A stretch of DNA of 64,000 bases from the human T2T-CHM13v2.0 reference genome, Homo sapiens. The stretch lies in NCBI RefSeq assembly GCF_009914755.1, contig NC_060947.1; one strand, given 5' to 3'. Under the pieces are notes generated by a model. That model searched no databases, was not told the DNA's origin, and worked only from the letters and a program-made list of their open reading frames with translations. Made by a program: the position numbers and the translations under genes. Shown here one piece after another: positions 41,580 to 58,190 of the stretch. The first letter of the stretch is position 1, and every line of letters begins with the position of its first letter.

Positions 41580-43100
41580 AGTTTGTGGAAGAATCGCCAG
41601 CAGCGTGCCCATCGCCTGAAAAGAGAGGTTATCTTGGCACCTAGACTGCTTTCCTCTCACAGGTTTCTGTCCCTCGAGTCCCAAGCCTCCAGTGGATCCT
41701 TGGCCGGGGCCGGGGCGGAGGCGGCGAGGCCAGGCGTTTCGGAAGTCGGGGCTCCAGCTCAGCTGTCCTCGGGCCCCTCGTCGGGGCTCCCAGGGTCCCT
41801 GTCCACACACCAAGTTCTTGCAAGTCTCTGTCGAGGCTCGGGCGGGGGGGGAAGGGACCTCATTTCCTAGGGTCAATTCTCTCGCGGTCTCTGCCCGCTG
41901 ACCCTTTGACCTCCACCTACAGGGCCCTTGGCGGCCGTAAGCCGGCGGTCGCCCGGGCTCCGAGGACGCTTCGCGCCCCATCGCCTCCCGGCCTCATTAG
42001 GCCGGCGGGGCTGTAAAGCAGGAATCAGCCTCTGCCTAATCCGGACCTGGGGTCAATACGAGCCCAAACAATGGTGAGCTCCGAAGGCCACTGCGTAGCG
42101 CTGGCCGCAAACTTTGTGTTCAATTCAATTTTCTAAAGCGGTGGGGGTTGGGGGCAGGGAGGCATTCGTCCACCCGAAAGCCGCTTGCGGCTCCCGGGGC
42201 TCATCAGCGAACGTCCTCTCTCGCTCGGCCCCTCCAGCCTTTTCGCAGCGCCTGGGATAGAGGGGGCGGCGAGGCCTGGGGACTGGTTGTCGGCCCGCGC
42301 GGGTGCCCAGGGGCTGGCGCAAAAGGGGCCGCCCCCGTGCCGGGAACAGACTTTGAAGTGGGTTTTTAGCGCGCACGTGTGAGAGCCGGGCCAGGGCCGG
42401 AGCGGGGACCCGCTGGGAGGAAAGAGGAGGCTCCGGCCGGGGCCCCAACCCCTCCCCCGCTTCCCCGTGGCTCCGGCCTTTTCAAGCCGCGGCCGGGGGC
42501 CCGTAGGCCTCCCACACCCACCCCCACTCCCGCGCCCTGCCCGCGCCGCGCGCAGGCGCACACTTCGCAGCCGTCGAGTCGGATTTTGCAGCGAGGGGGT
42601 TGGGGATAGAGTTGAAAGCCGCTTTGCAGTGCCGCGGCCTCGGTCGAGCTGGGAGGGAGGGGAGGGGAGGTATGTGGGAAGGGGGGCTGGTTTTGGGGCG
42701 GCTCTCGAGTCGTGAACATGGCGGCCGGATGCGAACCCCCGCGGAGCGCAGCAAAGCGCAGCAAAGGCTGCAGAACTGTTGCGTAGTTTAAACTCCCTTG
42801 TTATTCCTCAGCTCTGGGCGCCTCGCGGGGGAATGTAGGTCGTGGCGGTTGAGCGCAAAATTGTTAAAAAAACGGAAGCGAAGAAGTTCTTCCTGGGCAT
42901 TCTCCTGGGAAGTTGGCGTGTGCTTTTTGGGTTTGGGGTTCCCATGGGACTTGGACAAAAAACCCGCCAGAGGCCTCCCCACCCACCTGGCCCGACCTAA
43001 AACGCCCCCTCCGGGAGCTGCCATGGCTAGGGGATGCCATTTCGAGTTATCAGGCCCCGGTCGGGATTCCACAGAACCTTGAGTCCCTAAAAATGCCCCA
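41580..43100. promoter_or_regulatory. Downstream CpG island (inside the ZIC3-B intron)
   Basis: Very GC/CpG-rich; SOX-type AACAATGG at 42067, TAATCC at 42037. Confidence 0.8.
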
Positions 43101-45075
43101 AGAGCGGACAGTATGTTCTCTTCCAGGACAGTGGCGAAGCCTATGAACACGTAAGCACCATTTTCCAAGAAAATGCCCCGGCTGTTAGACAAATGTGCCA
43201 TTGCGAGTTCGACCCCTACACGTTGCCCAGGCTCCGTTTTCTGTATATCTCATTTAAACGTGAGCCTATGAAAATTGGCACTGTAGCTTTGGTGTGTGCC
43301 TTAACAGCTGGTGATCTTATGTTAAGGGGAAAAAAGGCCAGAATTCCGAAAACTTTAATTCAGCTTTTGCTTAACTGCCTTAATGCTGGCGTTGAAAGAA
43401 CCCCTGGTAGCTCTGGGATCTCGAGCTCGTGTTTTGTCCGTAGAAAAATGCTTCGGATTCACCTTCAGATGTGTCTTTTGTGAGGAAAAAAAAAATGTAA
43501 GATTTTAAAAAGTGTAGTAATTGAACCTCAGCTCCTCTAGGAAAATAAGCGGCACGAACTCTTCCAGGTTGGGTCTTCGTGGAGACCAACGGCCAAACGG
43601 AAAAGTCAGCCCTCTTGGGGTTGTCCAGTGTCACGCATTTGGGCTCCTGAAGGTGTGGGGCAGTTCCCGTGGGCCACCTTGGGAAGGGCCCCAGGTGGGT
43701 GGGCAGGTCATTAGCAAGGCTGGCCCAGATCTGGGGGGAAATCTGCAAAACAGTGCCTTTATCTGCAGAGAACAATTGATGGGGTTGTCTTTCCTCCTTT
43801 TCAGTGCACAAAGAAGACGGCTTTGGAGCAAGAATTTGGAATATGCATTTAAGTTGTCGTGCTTTGCATTGGAAACCCATGGGCAATTAAAATAAGCATG
43901 CCCTGTAGTATTTTCTGTCCTTTTCTTATGTGTGATTCCTGCAAGTCAAAGGAGGCCGGAGCCTCTTCAGTAGTTTGGAAACTTGTTTTGAAATTGCCAC
44001 CAAGCCGATTTTTTTTTTTTTTTCTGTGGGTGAAGTTTCCTTCCCCGGTTCACTCACTCCCCCATTCCCCACCCCCTCGCTGGAATAGAGTATTGACATC
44101 TTTGAGAGATCAAAGGAAGTAAATGGTGCTTGCTGTATACTCTATTTTTCCATTCTGTAGTGTGAACCCTGAGGTTTGAGCTTTTTTCTGGTTAAATCTC
44201 TTGGTACCAAAAGTGTGGAAAATAAAAAGTTCATTAAGTTAAAAAAGCTTTAGCCAATGGTTAGACGGGTTTGTCCCTTTAAGAGCTACAGAGCCCAGAT
44301 CGTCTCTTAAATTGACTTTAAAGTCGAGCTAAGATGCATTGGTGGACTGTTTCCCCTGGATACCTGCGGTGTTCTTTGGGTCATTTGACATGGTAAAACT
44401 GGTTGATTTTTATAGAAGTTATGTGAATGGAATTTCTGCAAAACCGGGCAAGTGATAAATTGGTAGAGCTCTTGTATTTGTTTGGATGACGACTCCAAAG
44501 GGTACTGCTTTTTTACCGAGGTTTGATTCTGTCATAACCATTGAAATTTACAGCTTGGAAAACACTAAGTTTGCTGGAAGCATTTAAACCAGGGAATGTT
44601 CAGAGCACTTGGACTAATGGTAACTTTTAACAGACGAACATAAATCCTTTGAATATTAGAGAAACTTGTTTCAAAAAATCTGTTGAAACTGAAGAAAATC
44701 TCTTTCATTAACATTTAACAAACCAAGCAGTTTTGTATATTTTTAATCTGATGACAGTTCAACCTATTTACACATCTGATGAATGGAGAGAAATGTAAGC
44801 TTTATAGTAACTATAATAATAGCTTTCACCAGATGGCAAATTATAATATTTGATCTCTAATAGGGTGTGTGTCTTGTGTCATATATTTTATTAAAATACA
44901 ACCTGCGTCAAGACCATTTGAATTTGAGGTGTTAAAAATAAAACATTCCATCGTGTTTTATTATAAACCAGAGTTTAAAACAACATATTCATGTGACATT
45001 TTATGACATTCTTTTCTAAGAGGAAATGTGGCCTGTTTTGACCTATCTGCAGTTCACTTTTTGTTTTTTTGCCAG

Positions 45076-45225
45076 TGTTGTCCTGCTTGGTATCCGGGAC
45101 AGTCTCTAATTCCTGACGAAGAACTTGATACTGACGTTGGTATGCAGCAGCCAGCCCTCCATAACACTACCTATCCTAAATGCAGGGTTAATGCCGAACC
45201 TACTGTGCAAGAAATGATTTACTGA
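45076..45225 (+). CDS. ZIC3: ZIC3 alternative terminal exon 4 (ZIC3-B, 457 aa when joined to exon 2)
   Basis: Pyrimidine tract + gccag|TGT; in frame with exon 2: CCPAWYPGQSLIPDEELDTDVGMQQPALHNTTYPKCRVNAEPTVQEMIY*; 408+49 = 457 aa, the length I recall for ZIC3-B; AATAAA at 45627. Confidence 0.88.
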   Translation, partial: CCPAWYPGQSLIPDEELDTDVGMQQPALHNTTYPKCRVNAEPTVQEMIY

Positions 45226-45626
45226 TGAGGTTTCAAAGAAAACCACATCAATTTGGATGTCTGTTACCTTGAAGTGATCATTTTAAGAGTAGTAGCTTCT
45301 TCCCTAGGTATAAAAAGACTATTTTCTTCTTTTGGTGTATTTCATCCTGTGTTGAGCAATCATTTGTGAAATGAAAAAGCAAAAAAACTCCCCCCACTTT
45401 AGGATTTATAAATGGGAAGATGGAGGTGAAGACTGGCCTAATTCATAACCCAGTATGCATTATCTCATGCATTGTGTTGACCTTGGTGAAAATCTTTTTC
45501 AAATACCAGCATTCTATATGTAGAACTAAAGTGTTTAAAACTAGAAACATGAATTGTTGTTTTGTTAATTTTATGTTTGTGTTCAGAAAGCAATACCCAG
45601 GATCCCTTTAATTTTTGTTTGACTTA

Positions 45627-45632
45627 AATAAA
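45627..45632 (+). terminator. Polyadenylation signal for the exon-4 isoform
   Basis: AATAAA followed by T/GT-rich tttttgtgattattgtttt. Confidence 0.6.
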
Positions 45633-47957
45633 ACCATTTAAATTATTTTTGTGATTATTGTTTTATTAAAATGACAGTAGCCCCTAAATAACTTTGATTA
45701 ACCTGTTGACTTGGGACAATTTACATTCAATTCACATTTTTCACGATATAGCTGGACTTTCACTAGGCAATAAATGGGGGTGGGGGGGAACCGGCCGAAC
45801 AAACCCCAAACAACTGTTTTGAACCCACAGTGTTTTCCCAGAGGGGTTCAAGGCCAGGTGTTGGGAAGGCCAGGGGAAGAATTCAGAGTCAAGGATTGAT
45901 TGGAGTGATTAGAAGAAATGAAAGGATGCAGGAGTCTGGAGGGAAAAAAAGAGCATTTGAACACCAATATATGGGTGAGAAAGAGAGGGAAAGATAAAGC
46001 TGAAGATAACCTGAAAGGTGAAGAGAGTGCCTCTGTGGCATCCAGGGAGGAGACATTGCAGCATTACATATATATTATTCAGAAGCCCTGAAGTGGTTTT
46101 TGGGGCAGACAACTTTGCACAACCATTGATTAGAACACTTAGAGAATCATGGAATATAGGTGTTATTAAAACACAAGTTGTCGTTAATTAACTGTAATGT
46201 TAGAGAAGATGAAGACACTACAGAAAAATTACTGGAACTCCAGATACTTGATTTCTCATTTTAAATTTAACATCTATAATCTAATGTAATCTGTGAATGA
46301 CTGTCATTCTATTTATTTGGCGTGATTATGTGATGATGAAGTATTGTAAAATTGCAGCCTGATAGAGTATATTACTATTGGTTCTTTAGATCCAATTTTA
46401 TTGAAATTTTTGGTAAGTAGACTGATGATAGTATAATTTTTTAGTAGTAGGAAACATGCTCATGTCCCTGTGATTCCAATTGTTCATTTACATCAAGAAT
46501 AATAGAAAGGGCCAGGTCAAGGAAGCCTATGATTCTTTGACTCTCAGCTTCCTAACACCTGACATTTTTGTATGCCCCATAACAATGTTGGTAAAATTTT
46601 TGTGTTTTGTTTTGTTTTTAAGAACAAGAACTGTGTTCTTTCAGACAGGCAGTGGAGTATAATAATGGAATTGTTGAAAAAGCCCTAGGAAAGGTAAGCT
46701 ACAGAGTTGTTCATGAGCCAGCTGCACTGTGATAATACCTCCTAGGGTTGTTCTGTGGACTAAACAAGAAAATGTCTCCTAAAGAGCCTGTCACGGAGTA
46801 GTCCCTGAACAAATGTTGCCTTCTTTTCCCCCAGCAGGTAGTTATTGTTTTGTTGCTTTTGGGTAGTTTCCTATTTTTACTATCATAGAATATTTTACTA
46901 AAAACATATAGTGGTTTGTACTGCGTTGCAAATTTAATACAGTTTTCAGAAAGTAGATGGAGATTTGTGGCATGTAAGAAATACTGCATTTCATAAGCAT
47001 AATCACTAGATCAGGCATGTGGGTTTGTGAACATAGCTATGAATATTTAAACACATAAAATCAAAATGTTATTAAATGCCTGTTGTTCATTATCTTCCAA
47101 TGAAAACACTTATTCTTAGATAAAAATAAGTTGTGTACTTAAAATCTGTAAACATGGTAATTTAATGGTTTGGTTTTAATTGAATAAAATTTTTGCTTTA
47201 GTCAACAGCTTGATTCTTACATTAGAATTCAGTGACAATTTTACAATGTGAAAGTTGATATTCACATATAACAAGAAGATTAAATCTATGTCTTAAATTA
47301 TTCAGTTTCCCCTTACCAAATTTATGATCATATTATGTAGTTGTGACTATAGAGTAATGAGACTGATTTTCTTTGGAGCTTGGAAGCTAGCCCTGAATGC
47401 AGTTCCCAGTGAGGAGTCCTGAAATGTTTTGACCAATGTCATCATCCTTCGAATAAATTTATGGACTCCATAGGTGATGGATTCACTTAAGATAACAACA
47501 ACAATAACAACGAAACAGACAACAGCCACTAGTCTTACTACTTTACAGCCATACTTTTGGTTTTATTATGTTGTGAAGGTTACTCTGATTTTATATTATG
47601 TTAGTAAACTGAGGCTTGACTGAGAAAGACAGCATAGAAATGCTCTACTACAGCATTATAGAATTTCGTTGTCAATTATAAGTCTATTTATACAGAAAAA
47701 CGAAACAAAACCACCAACACACAGCTCTCCCTGAGTGAGCTGTCTGAGTGGGAAGTGTTTCTTTCCTTCCCACTGATTTTGGGAACTTGGGGCTTCCCAG
47801 AGAAGCTGTACTGCTAAATAACATGGGCTGTTTTACAGAGGCCTGGGAGGCTTTTCTTCACTGGTTTATCAGCTTTGTCTAACTCTTTCTTCCTGATTTT
47901 TTCATATTTACCCTGCCCAATTAAACATGGAGGTCAGCCTTGTAAAATTTCTTTTGA

Positions 47958-48235
47958 GGCTGGGATTACGCCTGTAATCCCAGCATTTTGGGAGGCCGAG
48001 GAGGGTGGATCACCTGAGGTCAGGAGTTCGAGACCAGCCTGGGCAACATGGTGAAACCCTGTCTCTAAGAAAAATGCAAAAACTTAGCTGGGTGTGGTGG
48101 TGCATGCCTTTAATCCCAGCTATTCAGGAGGCCGAGGCAGGAGAATCGATTGAACCTGGGAGATGGAGCCAAGATTGCACCACTGCAGTCCAGCATGGCG
48201 ACAGAGTGAGACTCCGTCAAAGAAAAAAAAAAAAC
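47958..48235 (+). mobile_element. Alu (AluS-like, small internal deletions)
   Basis: Alu consensus match. Confidence 0.93.
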
Positions 48236-48245
48236 AAAGTCCTTT

Positions 48246-48674
<429 letters not shown>

Positions 48675-48899
48675 TAGAAGGCTATTTGTGGTACAAATAA
48701 ATCGATGCATTTTAATATTTTGATATAAATCCAGTGCAAATGAATTGTTTACAAATGATTCACTAATGTTACCCAGCCAGTACTTACACAGAAAAACTAC
48801 ACTCATATCTTTGTTGTGAAGCACCAAGAGAGTATGTAATTGGTTGGCCAGCTGATATTTCTTTGGAGACATCACTATTCTTTACAAAAAATATTTAGC

Positions 48900-49620
48900 T
48901 ACTCTAAGATATGACATCTTATTGGCTGTGGTGATAACCGAAAACAGAAGGTGTTTCGTTAACTTCTGGCCAATGACATATTAAATGAAGATGCTCAGTT
49001 GGGCAACATCAGTGATTTCAATTGACTCATCAATCGCTAGTATCTAGCTGCCATCATGTTTCACTTTGCTAACAAGCTGATATCCCACATCTGATGCCAA
49101 CAACTCAGGTCCTTCAAACAAATGACATGTTTGATAAAGAAATCTTTTCAAAATCATTATGCACTTCAGCATTTGTCTTTTCTTCTAGCACAGCATCTGT
49201 GCATCTGTTCCATCAGGCGTCTATTCCTTGATCATTTCTGAGCCTTCCATGATTTTTGAGCCTGATTTGCTGGTATCTCAGGAATGAGAAATGAAGCTTC
49301 TTCCATTGAATATTATGTTATTGAACACTGAAACACAATCTTTATGTCCAAGGTTTTAGATTTAATCTTGTGGATGAGACTGCAGGGAAGCATTATCACA
49401 GGCTTTCTGATAAGACAATGTTGTGAAAGAAATTGAGTTGGGGAGGAGAACAAAGTGCTAATTTAGGAATAACATTAAGGCCATATTTTTGTTTGTTTGT
49501 TTTTGGTATGGGTTCTTGAAACTTCACACCACTTTCAGTGTTGTAAAGCTTCCGAGTTTTAAGGCATCTCTGAAACATTGAAATGAAAAATCACATGGTC
49601 CAATTGGTAAAAATGGATGC
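48900..49620 (-). mobile_element. Decayed hAT/Charlie-type transposase fragment
   Basis: Minus-strand 49040-48975 translates LAIDESIEITDVAQLSIFI*YV, preceded by FEKISLSN; these resemble the LALDESTD..AQL.IFIRYV and ISLS motifs of Charlie-family transposases. Confidence 0.65.
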
Positions 49621-49893
49621 AATTCATTCTTTAGTGAGCCCTGCTTAACTATATAATTTGCTCATATGCATTAAACTGAGGAAGTCTTCATCTCTATTTT
49701 GCATATATCTGGATTGCACGCATCTGGCTCCACTAGATTCCTTGTAATTGCATATTGACTAATAGTGTGATACAGCTATTTTAACACTGAATTTAAGCCC
49801 AAATACTGCTATTAACAGTGTAATTACTTTGATTAAGTGAATAGTTGAAATATAATACTTCAAAATCAGAATGCAGGGCAGTAACTACTTCCC

Positions 49894-50208
49894 TATTTTA
49901 TTTTTATTTATTTTTAATTTTTTTAAGATATGGGCTCTTGCTCTGTTGCTCAGGCTGGAATGCAGCGGCCTGATCATAGCTCACTGCAGCTCCAAACTCC
50001 TGGGTTCAAGTGATCCTTCTACCTCAGCCTCCCAAGCAGCAGGGACTATAGGCGTGTACCACTATGCCTAGCTACATTTCTAATTTTTTGTAGAGAATGG
50101 GGTCTTGCTGTGTTGCCCAGGCTGGTCTCAAAGTCCTGGCCTCAAGCTATCCTCCTGCCTTGGCCTCCCAAACGCTGGGATTCAAGGCGTGAACCACTGC
50201 ATCTGGCC
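49894..50208 (-). mobile_element. Alu (AluJ-like)
   Basis: Diverged Alu consensus. Confidence 0.92.
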
Positions 50209-50457
50209 CTCACTTCCCAATTTTTTTTTTTTAAAGAAAAGTCTAGGCATACCTTTGAATTCACAAATAAACCAATATAGTGTTATATTGGGGAAACACT
50301 ACATCAGAAAATAAAGTGTAATTGATAAATTCCAAATCTTGATACCCAATAAATATTTTATCAAATCTATACTTCCTTCTTTAACACTTCTTCTTTTAAG
50401 TGTTATAAATTGAGCATCCATATATAGTATAAATAGGTTAATTAAAATCAAATCACT

Positions 50458-51152
<695 letters not shown>

Positions 51153-51284
51153 TGACATTTTTTGTTGGGATTGGGAGAGAGTTGATTCTGTAGCTTGCAC
51201 TAATTGAAACTTACTTGGTGCATATATAGTGTTCGATAAAGGACCTGCGGCTATGTGTGCACAAATATACATTAGTTTAGATTA

Positions 51285-51611
<327 letters not shown>

Positions 51612-52496
51612 TTAACCACAGTCTGGCATTCAAAACTGGAGTCTCTGGTAGAATCAGGAGAGAGGATTCCTGAGCTAAAGCAGACAATAAAACGCATTTC
51701 TTCAGTGCTAGAAAAATATTACAACTGCCATGCTAAGTGTATATTGAGTGACTCCAGTATTTATGTCTGATCTAAAAATGTATTGTCTAGAATGAAAGAA
51801 GCAGAGATCCTCACTGATCCTCTAGTTGAACTTTAGCCTCAAGCTTGCATGGTGTGTAGGCCTATTTTTCTTTTCTGATGTCATGGACTTTCCCTGTGTC
51901 TTAAATGATTAAATTCAGGGCACAACCTGAAGACTATTTCAGGAACTTCTTTAGTTTAAGCTTTGAAGAATATTCTCAGGCAAGGTTTTCACTGCATTCC
52001 TCTTTGACTTCATTAGGCATTCTAAAACTCAGAGGGTAGCTATATCTAATTGAATCCAAAACTTCAGTCATTTCAGAAAAAATTGAAGATTAATCATGAA
52101 GTTGTTTTGTATATTTCAACTAGTTAATTCACTGAATCGACTGGTTATTCTGGTATTGTGTAGAGACAACTGTATTTCTATGGGCAAAACAAAGTAGAGA
52201 GTCAGGGAACTATTCAGATAGTTGGGTGTTAAAAAAAAAGTGTGAACTTCACACCTACTATGTGCCTGGTTTGGCATAATGTCCACCAATAAATGAGTGT
52301 TGAATAAATGCATAAATAACTGAAAGTTAGTTTCCATTCAATATACTGTGTATCTTAATTGCCATTTTATTTTTGCTTATTTAGATATTTCCTCAGAATT
52401 ATGATGGTCACAGTTTAGCTTGATGTATGGGCAGTGGGTGACTTGTATCAAAATTTCTTAGACCCGGCTCAGTGGCAGGGCGTAAGGATCTTCCTT

Positions 52497-52937
<441 letters not shown>

Positions 52938-55900
52938 AGGATCTTCCTTTTAGATAATTGTTCCAGGTGAATCTGATATATATATATATGTTTTAGAATT
53001 GTTTTTTAGAGAATGACAAAAATAAAAGCTCTTGATACTCTTTCCTACCAATTTATGTACTTGTTCACCCATGGTCTTTTAAGACTCAGATATAAAAATG
53101 GCCCGCTCAGTTAAAAAAACCCAAAATGACTTTTGTCTAAAGCAAATTTTTTTTTTTCCACTGTGGACATTTGTCTCAAGTCTTTTTACTTAATTTTGCC
53201 AATGTAGAGCTGCCAACAATTCAGAGACACATAGATGTAGATCTGAGGATAAATTGGTATCTACAAAGCAGGGGGTAGATTCCTCAGCATGTGTTTGTTT
53301 GATTTAACATTTAACTTAAATGCAAAACCCAAGCCTTTTTGTATTCTGATATTTCCCATTTGTTATGCCAAAAGTCCTCCTTCAGGTTTCCGCAGCTTTC
53401 TGTGTCAATGATCATGACATATTAAAAATGGTAACATTATAAATACTGTGCTGTCTTAAGAATTTCTAGCACTTCCTGAATAGGAAAATAATGCCCTTGC
53501 TTTTTGTATAACAAGTGAGAACAATAAATCTTTCACTTTCCCTATACTATTAGACAGATATTACAACAGCGTTAGTTGGAAGGAAAAGCCAATTCTTATA
53601 TTAAAGAAAATACCTGCTTGAATGCAGCAGTTAGAGATTCTTAGTTCATCTGCATTTTGTAAGCAATAGAATGCTTTCTGCTGAGTTTTTTCAATATAGG
53701 CAGTTGCAACTAATAATGAATTATGTTCCAAAATTTCCTTTTTAAATTTTAGCTTATTCTAAACTCACCATTTATTTTTCCATAGAATCAGTGACAGTTA
53801 GGACTCTTGGATGACCTCACGGAAAGTTTATTTTATTCTTCTCTATTCTGACTTTAACTCACAAGGTAGTCAGATGATGGTATCATAATAAAGTGTTCGG
53901 TGAGCCAACTACAGATGCCAAGGCACACCTTGGCTCTCTCCTTCCCCAGATGCCCAGACAAAATGGGGACAGTAATGGTGGAGGTAGCAAAAGAGACCAC
54001 CTCCTCTTCTTCTGTCTCTCCTTCTTTCTTAATATCCTTGGGGTTTGGATAAGACTAGGGAGAGCCCTAAAATAATTGTAGCATGCCTTGAACTGGGTTT
54101 TGACATAGAGTCTGGCTTTTAACTGCAGACAGGGAGTGAAGAAAGGGAATCAACTGGCATATCTGTTGGTATTTGTAAGGCAATGCCTTTGTAAGGCACC
54201 ATCTTCTCTTTTCTGAACCACTCTCTCCCTGCTCTTTTTCTATTTTGCTCTGAAAATCTCTCTCTTATCTCAGTTTAAAGCTTTGGTCTCCAAGTCAGAT
54301 GCAAAGTAAACCAACCAAATCTGCCCAGTTACATAATAATGAAAGAGTGAGGGAAAAGTATTTCAGCAGTAATCAATTATTTTTCAGTCCCAAAAAGTAT
54401 ACCCTTGACTTCATTTTTATATTTTTAACACTAACCAATTATTTTTTTACTATCCAAACCAAAAACTGTACCCTCAACTTTGTGTTTGTATTTTTGTCCC
54501 ATGTACTCTCAAAACATGCACATTTCCTGCAAACAGCACGTTAATTTATATCAAGCCTTTTCGATCTTGAGGACAAAGTACAATAATGTTTACATAAATA
54601 ATGTTTGCAAAAAAGAATTGTATAAAACCAGAAAGAAAACCCTATTTTTGTCTTGGCTTCTGGCTTTTTTAGATCTTAAAAAAAAGAGTTACCATTTCCT
54701 GAGAACTTTTTGAGTGCATTATTTACTTAAATGTCAAGTTTGCTAAATCCAGCTCATCTAATAAATGTAGCTCAACCTGTAACATTTTTAGTTGTGTGGT
54801 TCCTAATTTTAGGCTAATTCTGTAAATCTTCCAATTTCTTATACCGCTTTTAGTACTGAGTTTTGTGTTTTCCAGTATCAGACTTTCTACTAAAGGTGTC
54901 AGAACAATTTTAATGAAGCAAATAATGAAATAAATATAATAAATTTGCAACAAATTGCACTAAATGTCATTTAACACCAACCTGATGTTAGAACACAGGT
55001 ATGACAAACCAAGACCTTTCTAATAGCTTTAGAACACATCTTTAAATTCTTACAGATTAAGAATGCAGTTGAAAAGCCACCTTTCCAGTCTGCTGTTATG
55101 AAATCTTGTCGCTTGGATTCTGGAGAGGATTAGGGAGGTAGCTGATTGCTAATATTGCAAACTGGCCCCCTTCTTAGTGGCGCTGCCTCCATGTAGTTTT
55201 CATTGGCAGTTTGTGAACTTCCCTGGATTTTTAAAGACTCTCCTTATTGTTCCATAAAATGCAGTTTCCTTTGTCTTTTTAGTTCCTTTTCTGCTGTTTT
55301 CAGAATAGGGCTTAAAAGTAAGATAAAAGGCCTGATACTTTCCATCATAAAAAGTTGTAATGACAGGTCTCACTAATTAAAGTGTAACAATGGGAAGATT
55401 AGCCTTTCAGTTAGCTTTGTGTTGAATCTATACAGTATTTTCAAAAGCCCTAACTCAGAACATATTGGAGTATAGCATCTTTAAAATATAAACATTCACA
55501 CATGGATTTGATTATAATACACACACCAAATAGAGGCACGGTACCGGTAGGGCTTCCAGAATGTAGTAAAACAGGAAAACTTCCCATTTCAATGCAACTT
55601 TTTTTGGTGCTAACCATTCTACTACAGAAGTAGGAAAGACCATAGGGAGAATTGGAGGGGCATATTGTGGAACCAGGCCTCTTGCTAATTATGAATGATG
55701 GGGCTTTCTTTGGATTCCTTGGTATCAGAGAATTTAAGTAGAATATATGTGCTTTTTAATACCTGTGTTTTTTTCCCTTAATGGAAGAGCATGTCTTCAA
55801 CCCTGTATTAATAAAGTAATATTCCTTTCTTGTGGTGTCAGTAGCACCACAATGTGCTTAATACATTATTGGAATGTTAGAATCTCAAGGGACCAAATAT

Positions 55901-56415
55901 TTGACGCTGTTAAAAGACATTTGATGTGTAAAACAGGGTATACAGTGAGTCTTTATTAGTGGGGGGTCGTGATATAACATTGTCTGAATAGCATCTAACC
56001 ATGCATTTTTCTGGAGATATAAAAATAATCAAAAGAATTCTAGAAAAATCCAGCTGGAGGATAGCTGATGGGAAAGGTCAGAAAGTGAGTAGGAGAAAAA
56101 TATTCTTATGTTTGCATCAGGTTGCAAAAAAAGTTTAATTTCGGTGTGTAGATAGTTTTAAATTAGTGATTAGTGCTTTGTTAAGAAAAAAAATACATGC
56201 AATTATTTTCTTTTTGTTTAAACTTCCAGGTTTGGTCCAAATTCCTGACTTGAATATAAATTAAATATCTTATTTTCTATAGCACACTGCTTAAAAAAGA
56301 GGTTTTTGGTTCACACTTAGTCATCTTTAATTTCAATATTTTGTTTTTAGGCATTTATTCAAGCTGAAGTGTGTGGCAGAAACAGTGGCCATGTTTTATT
56401 ATATTTCAGCCCTGA

Positions 56416-56783
<368 letters not shown>

Positions 56784-57299
56784 GTTTGTGTTCTTTAGAA
56801 AAAAACATCTAACAGAAGAGTCCCATGTAAGGTGACTGTAGCTCAGTCACAAGGCGAGAAAGTAGGCAAGAACTGGAAGAGACAAGAGAAAAGGAGAAAA
56901 GGGATGCAAGTCAAAGTGTGTTCATTTTGTGTAACATAAAGAGATTATCCTTTTCTTTACTTCTCTGGCTCCAGAAATTTATGGGGAAGGATTGTATTGA
57001 CATTTCTTCTCAATATTTTTATAATCAACCCCCTTCTCTCTGGTGGGTTCACCCCCTTCCTTCAAGTTCTAATTACTGTTTTATCTGGACTATTGAAGGA
57101 TTTCCCCCCTTCAGGTTCTCTCCATTCTCCTTACACCCTGCTGTCAGATTAATCTTCCTAACACCAACACTGATCCTGTCATTTCTGTGCCCAAGAGCCT
57201 TCAAATGGCGCCCCGTTACTTACCAAATTAAGTACAAATTTTGTAGCTTGATATGTAAGGCCCTCCTCACTTAAACTGGACCTTATTTTTGCCATATAT

Positions 57300-57632
<333 letters not shown>

Positions 57633-57667
57633 TAGTCAAAATAAACTCCTTGGGCTTGGGAAGTAGT

Positions 57668-58190
<523 letters not shown>

